This document shows, in pieces, positions 37,276 through 52,090 of a stretch of DNA of 64,000 nucleotides. The notes below the pieces were generated by a model. That model saw only the letters and a program-made list of their open reading frames with translations. It was not told the origin of the DNA and did not search any database. Source of the stretch: Chrysomallon squamiferum (Eukaryota; Animalia; Mollusca). The DNA lies in NCBI GenBank assembly GCA_012295275.1, contig CM022678.1:8060001-8124000 (forward strand). The letters run 5' to 3'. Positions within the stretch are counted from its first letter, which is position 1, and each line of letters begins with the position of its first letter. The translations under genes and the position numbers were made by a program.

Positions 37276-38182
37276 CTGCCTCTTTGCCTCTACCACTTCT
37301 CTCTATCAGTCTGTCTGTCTGTATGTGTATATATATATATCTGTGTATTTGTGTGTATGTATGTATGTATGTATGTTTGTATCTATGTATGTTGGCTCAA
37401 AAGCGAGAATTTTGATCTAATGTGTCTGTGCATGTTTCTGTAAACATTATATGCAGTATATATATATGTTTAGTGTAAGTGTAGTTGGTTATGTGTCTAA
37501 GTGTAGTTATTTATCTACGTACTGTGTTTTAACATTTTCTGAAGAGCAATAAAACTGACTAAAAATCATTTTCATGTTGACATTAACCTTGCACTCGTAC
37601 AGCTCTTTAATCCCACACAGACTTAATCTGGTTCTAAACAACTTTGATCCTGTCACTAACACACACACACAGACACAAACACACAGAGAAACAAACACAC
37701 AGAGACACAAACACACGCACATACACACAGACACATGCATATAAGTATCAAATATAGAAAGACACAGTCAAAAATAGACATACATTCATACAGAAACACA
37801 CACATACAAACAAAAAACACACATTTTCATATACATACATACCTTGAAACGTATTTACAACTCAGACACACACACACACATACGTACATACATACATACA
37901 TATATACATCCACGCATGCAGCTAGTCGCACATATTCAAGCTGACGTACATCAAATACATAATTATACATCTTTACCTACAACTACCATAGATACATACA
38001 CATACACAAATATACACCACGAAAACAAACACACACACACACACACATACACTCGCATACACGACAAACACAAAAACACACACCACGAACACAAACAAAA
38101 ACGTACATTCACACATACACACACGACAAACACACAAACACACACTAACACATACACCACAAACACAAAAACACACACGCAT

Positions 38183-38221
<39 letters not shown>

Positions 38222-38791
38222 ACTTACAGACCCGTCAACTTGTAACATTGAACGTATATTGTTCGCGTCTAAAACGGGCACAATCGGACAAACAAAAAAA
38301 AAAAAAAAAAAACACAATGCACAGAACCATTCGACCATCGGCTCCATTGACGACTGACTCTTCTGTGTTAATTACTCCGAGATTCACGAGTCAACTACTT
38401 ACTCATTGTAGGCAGTCCTGTATGGACACTGTTAATCAATACAGACCGGATTAGCCATCCAGGTCCGTGTACATGAGTAGCGGATAAAAGCAGAGATACT
38501 TCGCGTTCAAGTGTTTCAAAGAAATCGTTGTATGCTATGAACCTACACGTTTATCTTATGCGCTGGCGTGTAGCTGTGTCGTTTGGGGTTGTGAGAATAA
38601 CGTAAAGAGAAACAAAAAACTGCATCAAGAAGCTTCTACAGGTGTGCAAGATTTTCCATACAACGACAACGTAGGCAACAACGACAACGTAGGCGTAGGT
38701 GTATTTGTTTCAAACAAGGACGCGGTCGTGTACCTTTTGAAGCGAGACTTTTGGTATGATGAGTGTTTCAAACGATGATGTAGGTAGATGT

Positions 38792-38822
<31 letters not shown>

Positions 38823-39039
38823 GAGATGATATAGACGTATGTGTGTTTACAACGACGACGGGGTTGCTCAAAATCTGTTTCTGACTACGACATCACTTTA
38901 AACAACGACGTTTGAAGGCAGATGTTTGAAATGACGTAGGAATAATACCTGAGTTTCATACAACGACATAAGCTACCTTCTATACGAACAGGGATTTTGA
39001 ACAACGACATAGCAAAGACTTATTTAAAAAAAAAAAACA

Positions 39040-40250
39040 ACATAACACAGGTATTTCTAATAATATTATACAGGTATTTCTAACTATATTATACACATAT
39101 TTCAAACATTAATATACAGGTATTTTAAACAATATTATATAGGTGTTTCAAACAATATTATACTGATATTTCTAAATATATTATGCAAGTGTTTCAAACA
39201 ATATTATTCAGGTATTTCAGACAATATTATACAAGGGTTGCAAACGTTATTATACAGACATTTCTAACTTTATTATACACGTTTTTAAAACAACATTATA
39301 CAGGTACTTCAAAAAATATTATACAGGTGCTTAAAGCAATATTATACAGGTATTTCAAAAAATATTATATAGGTGTTTAAAGAAATATTATACAGGTATT
39401 TCAAAAAATATTATATAGATGTTTAAAGAAATATTATACAGGTATTTCAAAAAATATTATAGAGGTGTTTAAAGCAATATTATACAGGTATTTCAAAAAT
39501 ATTATATAGGTGTTTAAAGCAATATTATACAGGTATTTCAAAAAACATTATATAGGTGTTTAAAGCAATATTATACAGGTATTTCAAAAAATATTATATA
39601 GGTGTTTAAAGAAATATTATACAGGTATTTCAAGTATTTCAAAAAATATTATATAGATGTTTAAAGAAATATTATACAGGTATTTCAAAAAATATTATAG
39701 AGGTGTTTAAAGCAATATTATACAGGTATTTCAAAAATATTATATAGGTGTTTAAAGCAATATTATACAGGTATTTCAAAAAACATTATACAGGTGTTTA
39801 AAGCAATATTATACAGGTATTTCAAAAAATATTATATAGGTGTGTAAAGCAATATTATACAGGTATTTCAAAAAATATTATACAGGTGTTTAAAGCAATA
39901 TTATACAGGTACTTCAAAAAATATTATAGAGGTGTTTAAAGCAATATTATACAGGTATTTCAAAAAATATTATACAGGTGTTTAAAGCAATATTATACAC
40001 CTGTTTAAAACTATATTATACAGCTGTTCATAGCAATATTATACAGCTGTTAAAACTATATTATACAGCTGTTTAAAACTATATTATACAGCTATTTAAA
40101 GCAATATTATACATCTGTTTAAAACACTATTATACAGCTGTTTAAAACTATATTATACAGCTGTTTAAAACAATATTACACAGCTGTTTAAAGCTATATT
40201 ATACAGCTGTTTAAAGCTATATTATACAGCTGTTTAAAGCAATATTACAC
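39040..40250. repeat. About 1.2-kb minisatellite, 21-23 bp monomer with dimeric higher-order structure
   Basis: Alternating aatattatacaggtatttcaaaa and aatattatataggtgtttaaagc, switching near 40000 to tattatacagctgtttaaaac. Confidence 0.95.
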
Positions 40251-40742
40251 AGACGCGTGAGACACTCATCGTACAGATGTAAATATAAAACAATAATTTA
40301 CAGCTGCTTTGAATCACGGAGGGTTCAGGTGCTTGGCTAGACTCGCCGGTCTTTGAAGAGGTTAATAATTTTAATATACGATCTCCGTCATTCTTTCTTA
40401 TCACAGTCATCTGAATTGAGCCGCAGGTGAGCCGAGGGGACACGCAGAAACCTGCTGACGTGAAGCAGTTTACCTGAATTCACGTCAGTCTCTGCCGGAT
40501 CAGATCTCCGCACGGCACGCTCGCTCGCTACGTTTCAGGATTCAAAACAAATTAAAATATAACGCCGTTTAGAGACGTGTGCAATATTTACCCGTGTGTT
40601 GTTTTTTTCTTTTGTGGATATGATGTTCGTGTTTTGGTATGTATAATTTTTATTTCTGAATGTTTTTAATTTATGTTTTTATAGTTTAAAAAACGTTCTT
40701 CGTAACGAACAGTTTTATATATATATAAAACACTATTATACA

Positions 40743-40784
<42 letters not shown>

Positions 40785-40799
40785 CACTATTATATATAT

Positions 40800-40865
<66 letters not shown>

Positions 40866-41393
40866 GTAGTTTATATTTCTACGTTTTAATTTGTGTGTGT
40901 GTGTTTTAAAAAAGATTCTATAAATAACGTCTAGATAGATTATATGACATCGGTTCGTATAATCTTTACTTTTTATTTTATTTATCTTTAAAAAGATCGC
41001 TGAGAGAGGTATGACACTGATAACGTCTGAATGTCTTTCCATTTGTGTATCTTATTATTAAAAACTAATTCTCATGAAGCTCGTAACCAGCAGTAGTAGC
41101 AGTGGTTATAAACACACACACGCACGCACGCACGCACACACACACACACATGCACATATACACAATGTTTTTTTTTTTCTGGCACGAACTGCATGTTTTA
41201 TTTATTTATTTATTTATTTATTTATTTGTTATAAATTAATTATTTATTATTGCGGTTGTTGTAGTTTTGTTGTGTTGTTTTTTGTTACTACTATTTCTTG
41301 TTACTACTACTACTATTATTATTATTTTTATTTTTTTATATTCTTCTTTTATTTTTATATTCTTCTTATTATTATTTATTATTATTATTATTA

Positions 41394-41437
<44 letters not shown>

Positions 41438-41859
41438 TTTTGTTGGTTTATATTTTTATAACAACATCAGTTTCAAAGTAAATATTTGTTGTTCAAAATA
41501 ATCAGCTCATAAATCTGACAAGCTTGGAAATATTTGTTTACGCCAGAAGAAGAAAATTAAATATTTTACAACTCACTTACCACATACTTACAGTCACGTG
41601 ACATCACGTAATAGATAAAGCGCCATAAAGATAAAAAAAAAATAAGGAAACTCATAATACTACATCTTCAGCTGCTTACTTCATTTTGATAAACACTTTT
41701 TTACGAACAGTTAAATGCAAACAAAAGTCTTTGATATAACCAACCAGCCGGACACTGGCTAGAACGGGAAATATATTAATGATAGCGCTGAGTATTGTTG
41801 TTTCTGTGACGTTTCGTATCTGATGACGTTACTGTAACCAGCCATTAGTCAATTATGAC

Positions 41860-42380
41860 GTAAATGTGATTATAATGTGCGAATCTGTTTATGTCGTATA
41901 TTTAAATACTGTATATACTTATTACGTAATTATAATATTTGACGTAGTGTCTGTGTTTTGTCTTAACATATCAGTTTATATCGTAATTATAATGTATACG
42001 ATATATGTATGTATTATATAACATATCGAGTATGTAATTATAATGTATGTCATACTGCATGTTGTCATATCAGATATATAATGTATTTATAAAGTATCTG
42101 ATACTGTTTACATTACATATTAACTTATCGCGTATATTAAATAATTATTATGCATGAGATATATCGTGTATATTATACGATTATAATGTATGCTATGTCG
42201 TGAATGTTACATAAGTATAATGTATAAGATATATACTTTAAATTACATGATCATAATGTATGATATAGCGTGTGTATTATACAGTTGCAATGTATGATAT
42301 ATATTTATTATGTGATTATAATGTATGAGATATATCGTGTATGTTACATAATTGTAATGTATGTTATAATGACGTATACT
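41860..42380. repeat. Degenerate tandem repeat (about 35-bp unit)
   Basis: Recurrent attataatgtatga...atatcgtgtat core. Confidence 0.7.
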
Positions 42381-42631
42381 ACATGGCTATGTTGCAAACA
42401 TGTTCACAGAAAACCAGACCGATTTAATTTTACTCATGACTAACCAAGTGTAAAACGTATATTGAACTCCCCCCATCTAATTTACACAATCAATTTAGCT
42501 ACATAATTTACATTGTAATTACTTATGCCAGAATTCAACAAAAGCGTACCACCTACTTTTGATGAATATAACATTTCATATAACAATTCATTACTAAATC
42601 TGAATTCCACCAAAACCCAAATGACTTCTGT

Positions 42632-42738
<107 letters not shown>

Positions 42739-43009
42739 TTTGTTTTTATTTTACTATATATATATACATATACACATAAAAACTGAGATCTAAAATTTCA
42801 GCAAACTAAACATCTATCAAAAAAACAACGTTTTTCTTGGTACAGCTTTGACAAATTTAATTTAATAAATATGAAGATTTGACTTGAGGTTTCATGTTTC
42901 AATTCTATAACAAATTAATAATTACTTAATTTCGTAGAAGGATAACGTTACTATGGTATACTGGGTTTTTGTTTTTTTACGTCCTTCTATGTTGGTATTG
43001 TACAGAAAC

Positions 43010-43340
43010 TTATACTGTAACAGTTAATTATGTCTGTGTTGTATATACAGTTTTACTGTGCACTTAATTATGTCTGTATTGATATACAGTTGTACTGTAC
43101 AGTTAATTATGTCTGTATTGTATAAACAAATACACTGCACAGTTAATTATGTATTGTATATACAGTTGCACTGCACAGTTAAGTATGTATTGTGTATACA
43201 GTTGCACTTTACAGTTAATTATGTCTGTATTGAATATACAAATGCACCGCACAGTTAATTATATCTGTATTATATTTACAGTTGCACTTTACAGTTAATT
43301 ATGTCTGGATTGAATATACAGTTGTACTGTGCAGTTACTT
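43010..43340. repeat. Tandem repeat, about 35-39 bp unit, about 9 copies
   Basis: Recurrent actgtacagttaattatgtctgtattgtatatacagtt. Confidence 0.88.
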
Positions 43341-43844
43341 GTGTCATTTTTCATACAAAATGAATATTTTGGGGTTATTTCAGTAACATCATGCAGTCTC
43401 TTTTGTGAATGCTCAAAAGCAAAGAGTTCGTACTGCAGTTACCTGCGCAGGTAACAATTACAGGTAAATAACATACCTGTGTGACAAATGCAGTGACAGG
43501 TGTAACTGTTCTTTCAGACGCTGTTACCTGAATGTGACAGAACGCACTGTAAACAATTCAAACTAATTGATCTGTGCAGTATTTCCGACCTTCTCGTACA
43601 GAGAACCCCAATACGCAATTTACAGTTCTTTTGTCAACGCTTAAAGAGGCATACGATTCCCACACAAAAGATGTATCTGAAAGGTAACGTTTGGTTATTT
43701 TATACTCCTTTGTTCTTTATGATCCGTAAATTTATGAGATATCGTTTGTTATTTTTATTAAGGCCTGATGTTAGCGAACCGAAGCTTCGGTACAAATATA
43801 GATTATCGTTTTGGAATTTTATTATGGACATCTAGTGTGTGAAC

Positions 43845-43884
<40 letters not shown>

Positions 43885-44081
43885 AAGTCAAATATGAATT
43901 GTTCCTGTGAGTGTTATTTGGAAACCCGACTCTAGCTAAAACTGTGTCACGTGATTTATTTCAGAGTTTGCCGTCAGGAGAGAGAGAAGTAATGGGTGAC
44001 TGGATCTAAATTTGGTGAATTTTCGAGATTTAGTTGGGGGTGAATATTGATTGATACCGAGGCTTGTGGACCACAGGATTG

Positions 44082-44176
44082 ATGGTGAAGACTGCTGCAT
44101 GTCGGGACAGTTCCTATGATGCTCTAGGTCACTTTACAGGAATGAATTCGAAATCAAAGCCGCTTCGAAGGAAGAG
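44082..44176 (+). CDS. Candidate alternative first coding exon (MVKTAACRDSSYDALGHFTGMNSKSKPLRRK)
   Basis: ATG-initiated open frame in a non-repetitive island, ending at a strong donor GAG|GTAAGA, phase 2. Confidence 0.45.
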
Positions 44177-44192
44177 GTAAGATACTCGTTGA

Positions 44193-44340
44193 TTTTGTTT
44201 TTATTTTAATTTTGTTTTAATTTTAATTTTGTTTTTATTTTAATTTTGTTTTTATTTTAATTTTGTTTTTATTTTAATTTTGTTCTTATTTTAATTTTGT
44301 TTTTATTTTAATTTTGTAATTTGTTTTGCTCAGTTTTTTA
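44193..44340. repeat. 17-bp tandem repeat ttttgtttttattttaa
   Basis: Directly visible, about 7 copies. Confidence 0.9.
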
Positions 44341-44418
44341 TTTAAAATTTGTTTTTACTACGACTTTTTATTTTAATTTTGTAATTTGTTTTGTTCAGTT
44401 CGTTCTTTATTTAAAATT

Positions 44419-44451
<33 letters not shown>

Positions 44452-44528
44452 GACTACTACTACATCAACTACAATAATTTTGTAATTCGTTTTGTTCAGT
44501 TCGTTCTTTATTTAAAATTCACTACTGT

Positions 44529-44585
<57 letters not shown>

Positions 44586-45387
44586 AACTACTACAACTAC
44601 TATTGCTGCTGCTGCTGCTCTCGTTGTGCTACTACTACAGTAACTACAGCGACTTCTACCACTACCACTACGACTACTACTACATCAACTACTATCAGTA
44701 CTACTACTGCTTGTACTACCACTACTACTACTACTACTACAATTACTGCTACTGATGTTACTATAGCTATTACTAGTATCTGAAAGGATCAGACGGCCGC
44801 ATTCAGATATATTATTTTATCGTAGCACTTTGTTTATCAGTCACCCAAAACAGTAAACATAAATAACTGTATGACTTCATCAATTTTTACTTGTCTCATG
44901 TGCACTTTAAATAATGAAACAGGTGGAAATGCCGTGAAATAGTTACCAGTTAATCAATTCATTCACTTGTTGAATTACCTTCTCTTTTCTTTTTATTCCC
45001 CAAAATTAAAAATATATTTCTGATTTGTTTTAACAGTCTTACATAAAGTGATATTACATACCACCACTCCCCCCCCCCCCCCCCGGGATATTATACACTT
45101 ACGTATAGTGGTCACTTCTGAAATTCTCTAAACAACAAGATTTTTGGTTTTTTTTTTTTTGATATAATGTTACAACAGACCATCCTCCAAAATAAAACCC
45201 ATTTTCACATAAAGTAATAATTTTTATAATTCTCCACCTTATAAACATTACTCACTTTTACCTAAAAAAAAATATATATCTCACAAAGACAGTAAAGGAA
45301 GAAAAGAACAAAGAAAAGACCAAAACACCCTAAAAAAACAACAACAAACAAAACAAATAAAAGCATGCTACACTATCTGTGTAATAC

Positions 45388-45439
<52 letters not shown>

Positions 45440-45517
45440 GAAAGAATAAGAATAATAATAATAAAATTAATAATAAGAATAATAAAAATAATAATAATAT
45501 TAATAATAAAAAATAAA

Positions 45518-45575
<58 letters not shown>

Positions 45576-45645
45576 TAACCACAACAACAACTATTAACAA
45601 TAACAGTAAAAATAATAATAATAATATAACAACAATAACAACACT

Positions 45646-45676
<31 letters not shown>

Positions 45677-46730
45677 ACAACAACAACAACAACTGCAACA
45701 ACAACGACAAAACGACTGCTCACCCACAAAGAACATTAACATAAAATACAGCCTATGTTAGGACCACCCGCAACTGTTTACTTTTGTGATATCAGAATTA
45801 ATAATATCTACTCGACTTCCTACTTAACAAACACATTACGTAAGAGCAGATATTTCTTCAAACCACCTGCGCGTTATCTTATGTATAGTAATTATCTGTC
45901 TGTCTCTCTGTCTGTCCATCTGTGTGTTTATCTGTCTGTCTGTCTATCTATGTGATATTATTTATTTATACCTACGAACCTGTCTGTCTCTCTGTCTGTC
46001 TGTATGTCTGTCTTTCTGTCTGTCTGTCTGTCTCTCTGTCTGTATGTACTTACATATATAGAATGTGTGTATGTGTGTATGTATGTATGCATCTACGTAT
46101 ATATTATGTACGTATATATGTTCGCGCGTATATAAGTATGTATGTATGTATGTATGTATCTATGTATGTATGTATGTATGTATGTATGTATGTATCTATG
46201 TATGTATCTATGTATTTATGTATGTGTGTGTGTATAAGTAATTAGACTTAATACGCTGCAGTGATCGTATATCTGCACACACTCGTAATGCAACAACTGT
46301 CAGCGTAGTTGGAGTATTTTGTAACAACAGGACATGACTCCGTGAGCGTCGCGTCACAAACTCAATTACGTGTGAACAAACAAGAGTACAAACAAGCAGG
46401 TATAAGATAGCACTGCGGGAGGTGAAATGATTCACAGGCATAAAGTGGTGTCTACACTGAGGGCGTGTATTTTTAGTCAGGGATCAACTAAATGATAGAT
46501 AAGTTTGAGCAGGAGGGAGGGAGGGAGGGGAGAGAGAGAGAGAGAGGGAGGGAGGGAGGGGGAGAGAGAGAGACAGAGAGACAACACAGAGAGAGAGAGA
46601 GATTGAGAAAGAAAGAGAACACACACACACACACACACACAGAGAGATGTTTTACAGAGAGAGAGAGAACAGAGAGAGACAGAGAGAGAAAGAAAGAGAG
46701 AGAGAAAACAGAGAGACAGAGAAAGGGAGA

Positions 46731-46803
<73 letters not shown>

Positions 46804-46874
46804 AGAGCGAAAGAGAGACAGAGAGGGAGTAATATTAAATGATGTAGTAACAGTAGTAATAACTGTAGTAATAG

Positions 46875-46941
<67 letters not shown>

Positions 46942-47123
46942 TATAATATCAGATAACAAATACAGAAAAAAATAAAATAAAATAAAAACTATGAATACGT
47001 AAATACACTAATAAATAAATATATAAATATTAATGAAGAAACGAGTAAAAACAATTATACACACAACTAACTATATAACAAAAATAAATCATTAAAAACA
47101 AAAAGAAATAGTAAAAACAGTAC

Positions 47124-47192
<69 letters not shown>

Positions 47193-47480
47193 AAGAAGAA
47201 GAAGAAGAAGAAAGAAAGAAAGAAAGAAAGAAAGAAGACAAGAACTCTAGCACCGTTGTTGACGTTTCGTGCACCTACGACAACGTCAAACACTTAATTT
47301 TGACAACGTTGTCACACGCAGAGGTGTTAAAATGATGGATTCCCTCACGTGACTGAACCCACACAACACACGTGTAAATACAGATGTCAGTTAGTGTCAC
47401 AGAGGTACCCAGGGGTGGGACAAGCTCTAGGGGAGAGGGACTTATTATTATTATTATTATTATTATTGCTGTTTTTATTA

Positions 47481-47521
<41 letters not shown>

Positions 47522-47676
47522 GTTATTATGATTATGATTATTATTATTATTATTGTTGTTTTATTATTGTTATTATTATTATTATCATTATTATTGCTGT
47601 TATTATTATTATTATTATTGCTGTTTTTATTATTATTAATACTATTGTTATTGTATTATTATTATTTTTGTTGTTA

Positions 47677-47707
<31 letters not shown>

Positions 47708-48717
47708 GCTGTTTTTAGTATTGTTATTATTATTATTATTATTGCTGTTTTTATTATTGTTATTATTATTATTATTATTTCTATTATTATTATTATTATT
47801 TATTATTATTGTTATTGCTATTATAATTATAATAATAATAATAATAATTATTATTATTATTATTATTATTTTTTTAATTTAATGTGACATTATTTCTTTC
47901 TGTCTCTCTTTTATTATTTTATTTCATATTATTAATATTCATTCATTCATTCATTCATTCATTCAGTCAGTGAGTAAGTCGGTCATTCATTGTGTTGTTA
48001 AATATTCATTCATACGGTAGTTTTTCAGTACTTTATTCTCGTTTTCTAAACTACATACAAAAAGCTTTACCAGACTGAGTCTACGTTATTAAAAGACTGA
48101 GTCTATTTACTACCCCTTCAGTTTGCATAAACCGAGGTGCATATATTAATTATTATTAAAAAAGAAAAAAATTGAATTAAATCATAAGAAACTTACTAAT
48201 ATATGAAACAACTACACCTCAGAATTAAATTAATAAATTAAAAATAAATAAATAAACAAACTAACGAACGAACAAATAAACGAATGAACGAACAAACGAA
48301 CGAAAGAATAAATAAATAAATAAATAAATAAATAAACATTGAAGTTGCAATAACGTTATTTTTCTGATTAAAATGAAGTTATTCATTATAAATAATTTAA
48401 TTTTAGGTTCAAAAAGATGAAAGGTGAAAGGTCAAAGGTTGATCAGATCCAATTAGGATCGGTACAACTGCCGTACATTGTACCCCTTTCGGTACAACAG
48501 ACCACACAGCCTGATGATGTAAGTGTTTACTGTTTTTCCCAATCTGACCACTGATGTTTAACTGGCATATCTAAGTTTATGTGTGTGTGTTTTTTTCTAC
48601 GTTTTAATTATTTTTTTTTACTAGTTTATTCTTTCTTTTATACATTATTTTGTTTTTATTAAAATTAGTCTGTTGTTGTTGTCGTTGTTATTACCATTAT
48701 AATCATCATTGCTATTG

Positions 48718-48785
<68 letters not shown>

Positions 48786-49013
48786 ATTATGTTCATTCTT
48801 TTGTTATTATTATTTTGTATTTTTTTTTTTTTTTGATTCATTATTTCTTATATTTATACTTATACCAAAATCTGAATATTTATCAATTTAATCTACAAAG
48901 TCTTGAAAAATATACACGGTAATATTCTTATTTCACTCGTACCTCTGATCCTCCATCCCAGGGTAATCCCTCCCTTCTCATTTATGATAATACTAGATCT
49001 GCCACTGAAGTTA

Positions 49014-49076
<63 letters not shown>

Positions 49077-49886
49077 GATGTAGATAACATCTTTTTAGAG
49101 AAAGTTATGACATTTCGAGTGTTTTAAGAACAAACAAATAAAACGAAGTTTGTCAGTTTGAGATGCGTAAACGCTTTTTATGAAACGGTAGTTTTATTTT
49201 AATGACGTAAGAATGAAACATTGTGAAGCAGAAGGCGCCACTGTGTATTTTTGATGAAAGAAAATGAATGTGTTATGTATGACGCTTTCTTGGTAACGAC
49301 TGTAACGAGACAACCGTAATAGAAAAGACGTCACCATGGTAACAGAAGTGTCACTTTGTTAATAAACACAGGATCGTCTTTCATGTTTCCATAGTAACAG
49401 AGACGCCACATTGATTATTAATTTCGGTTTCGCATTATAAACAATGTTTTGTTTATTTTCATCCATTACATAAGTTTAATATGGCAATGATACATAGGAA
49501 ATTATCATGTTTTTTTTTGTTTTTTGTTTCAGTATTTTTAGTAAAAGTGTTTTTAATTTAGCTATTACTTTTTAAATTAAGATAGTGTGATATCAAGACT
49601 GAAATTTTGTAATATTTAGATTGCTGAATTGGTTTGAATATAGAAATAATTCTCTCTCTCGTTTCGTTTTTTCTTTCTCTTTCTGTAATCGATTCTTTCC
49701 TTTTTTTTTTTTTTTTTTTATCCCTGTGTCTCTTTCTCTTTCATATTTCGTTTTTTTTTCTCTCTCTCTCTGTTTCTTTATTTTCTTTCATTTTATCTTT
49801 TTTACTTGTCTCCCCTTGACATCCTCACTCACCCTCCAACATACACGTCCCTCCTCTGTCGTACACACTCACCCCACCACCCACCG

Positions 49887-49919
<33 letters not shown>

Positions 49920-50311
49920 ATTCCTCACCTTGTCACACACGCTCTCGCATTTACTCACATTAACAACCGCTTTGTTCTCTGGCTATGTAACCGTTAATTC
50001 TTTCCGCCAGTTTTTCTCTAATTTCACGAACTATATTGTTCGGCCGCTCGTACGGATTAACGGAATTAGCGGAGTGACGTAACAGTCGTCAGACACCCCC
50101 CCACACACGCCACGCCAACCCACCCGCCAACTAGAAACTCCACTTTACTTTGTGGTCAGCTTTTAAGAAAGCAAGCGTAAATTACTGAACTGGTCAGTGG
50201 TCAGTGTTATTTCATGGACTAGGTTATTCCGCAGAAGTGATACATTTTTTTAAAAATATATTTTATATTTGTGACGACTTTTGTCCTCGTAAGAACTTGG
50301 GGAAAAAACCG

Positions 50312-50349
<38 letters not shown>

Positions 50350-52063
50350 AACCGAAAACAAACGAAAAATACCGAGTATAATTTGTTATCGTGGATACGT
50401 TTGATTTATCTCATGTTTTAATGATGGTCCTTCATCATGGAACTTCGCAGGTTTGTCTTCTGTTTTTACTTCTTATATTTGTTATAACTGTTGTTGTTAT
50501 TATTATTATTATTACTACATTATCATTGTTATTGTTATTTTTGTAGTTGCTGTTATCATTGCTATCATATTACTGCTGTTATTGTTATTATTATTGTTAT
50601 TATTTTTCTTATTGTTGTTACTAATATTATTATTATTATAACTGTTATTGTTATGATTGTTATTATTATTATCATCATCATCATTATTATTGTTGTTTTA
50701 GTAGTTACTATTATTATTATTGTTATTATATTATTGCTATTATTATTATTATTTTATTTACTACTTTTATTACAGTATTAATATTGTTACTACTATTATC
50801 ACTATCTCACCTACTTCTATACTTCTACTACTAACTAATGCTACTACTACTACTACTACCTCTAGTACAAATAATAACAATATACTAATTGAAATAATAA
50901 AAGCAGAAAATATATTTCATGCTTTTTGTTTATTTAAAACAAATACATCATTATTATTATTCATGCTTTTCAATGATCATGGGTTCAAATCTTTTGAACA
51001 TTTTTTTTTTTTTTTTTTTAAACCAAGTTGGAAATAAGCAGCTTTACTTTATTATTTGGGTTATATCTGGAAATAAAAACCTTGTGAAACATAAAAATAA
51101 AATAAAAGTTTGTGAAATACGAGTAATGACCTCACGAAGTTTAATACAAGCAGTATGTCACAGAAAGAAAGGATACTGTTAAGTTTTATGGTCGTTGTAA
51201 GTGTTTTATTTATAATTTATAATTCTAAAATAAAAAGGGAGGAGATGTATTTTTTTAATTTTTTTTTATTTCAAATATTAAGATTACAAAAAAAAAAAAA
51301 AAAAAAAAAACAAAACAAATAATAACAACATTTTGTTGTAATTTAGTAAATAATTACTAAATACAATTACAAGAACTACTACCACTACTACTAGAAGCTG
51401 TAACAATAATAATTACAATTATAATAATAATAACAGTAAACAAACAACTATAATAGTAATAATTTTAGTAATTATAGCAACAACAGATGCAATAATAATG
51501 ATAATAATATCAACAAAAAATAACAGTAATAATAATAATAGTAATATTAATAATTATACTACTACTGCCACTAATAACAACAACACAACAGCAACAACAA
51601 CAATAATAATAATAACAATACATTGATCAGGTGACTCTGTAACTGAATGAATAAATCATTGAAATAAAAAACTAACTAAATGATTTTTGATCCAAGTTAA
51701 AAAAACAAAACTCTTCACATGATTATCCTAACCATCGCCTTCGAAAACTCAGTTCTAAAAACTGGACCACAACCACTTCAGTTACAACGTCTGTGAAATT
51801 GTTCTACCTTTGTACTATTAATCCACACTGGCTATACAAATATATATATATATATACATATATACACATACATACATACATATATATTATACACACACCC
51901 TAATCCATAATAATCCCATCTGGGTTGCTAATCCCAAATTTGTTTCTAATGAAACATTTTCGCTCACCAGCGAACTGACGTACAATTTTATACTGTGCCA
52001 TTTTACTTGGACTGAACTTTTTATTGTTAAAAACTATGACAACGACAAATTGACAGGACTGCC

Positions 52064-52090
52064 ATGTCCAATCCATACTTTGTCAGAAAG
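52064..52090 (+). CDS. Candidate alternative first coding exon (MSNPYFVRK)
   Basis: gccATG context, 9 codons, strong donor AAG|GTAAGG, phase 0. Confidence 0.35.

Noticed and set aside
39040-40250. Regular short repeats resembling a CRISPR array
   Set aside because: No unique spacers, no cas genes, eukaryotic context; it is a tandem minisatellite.
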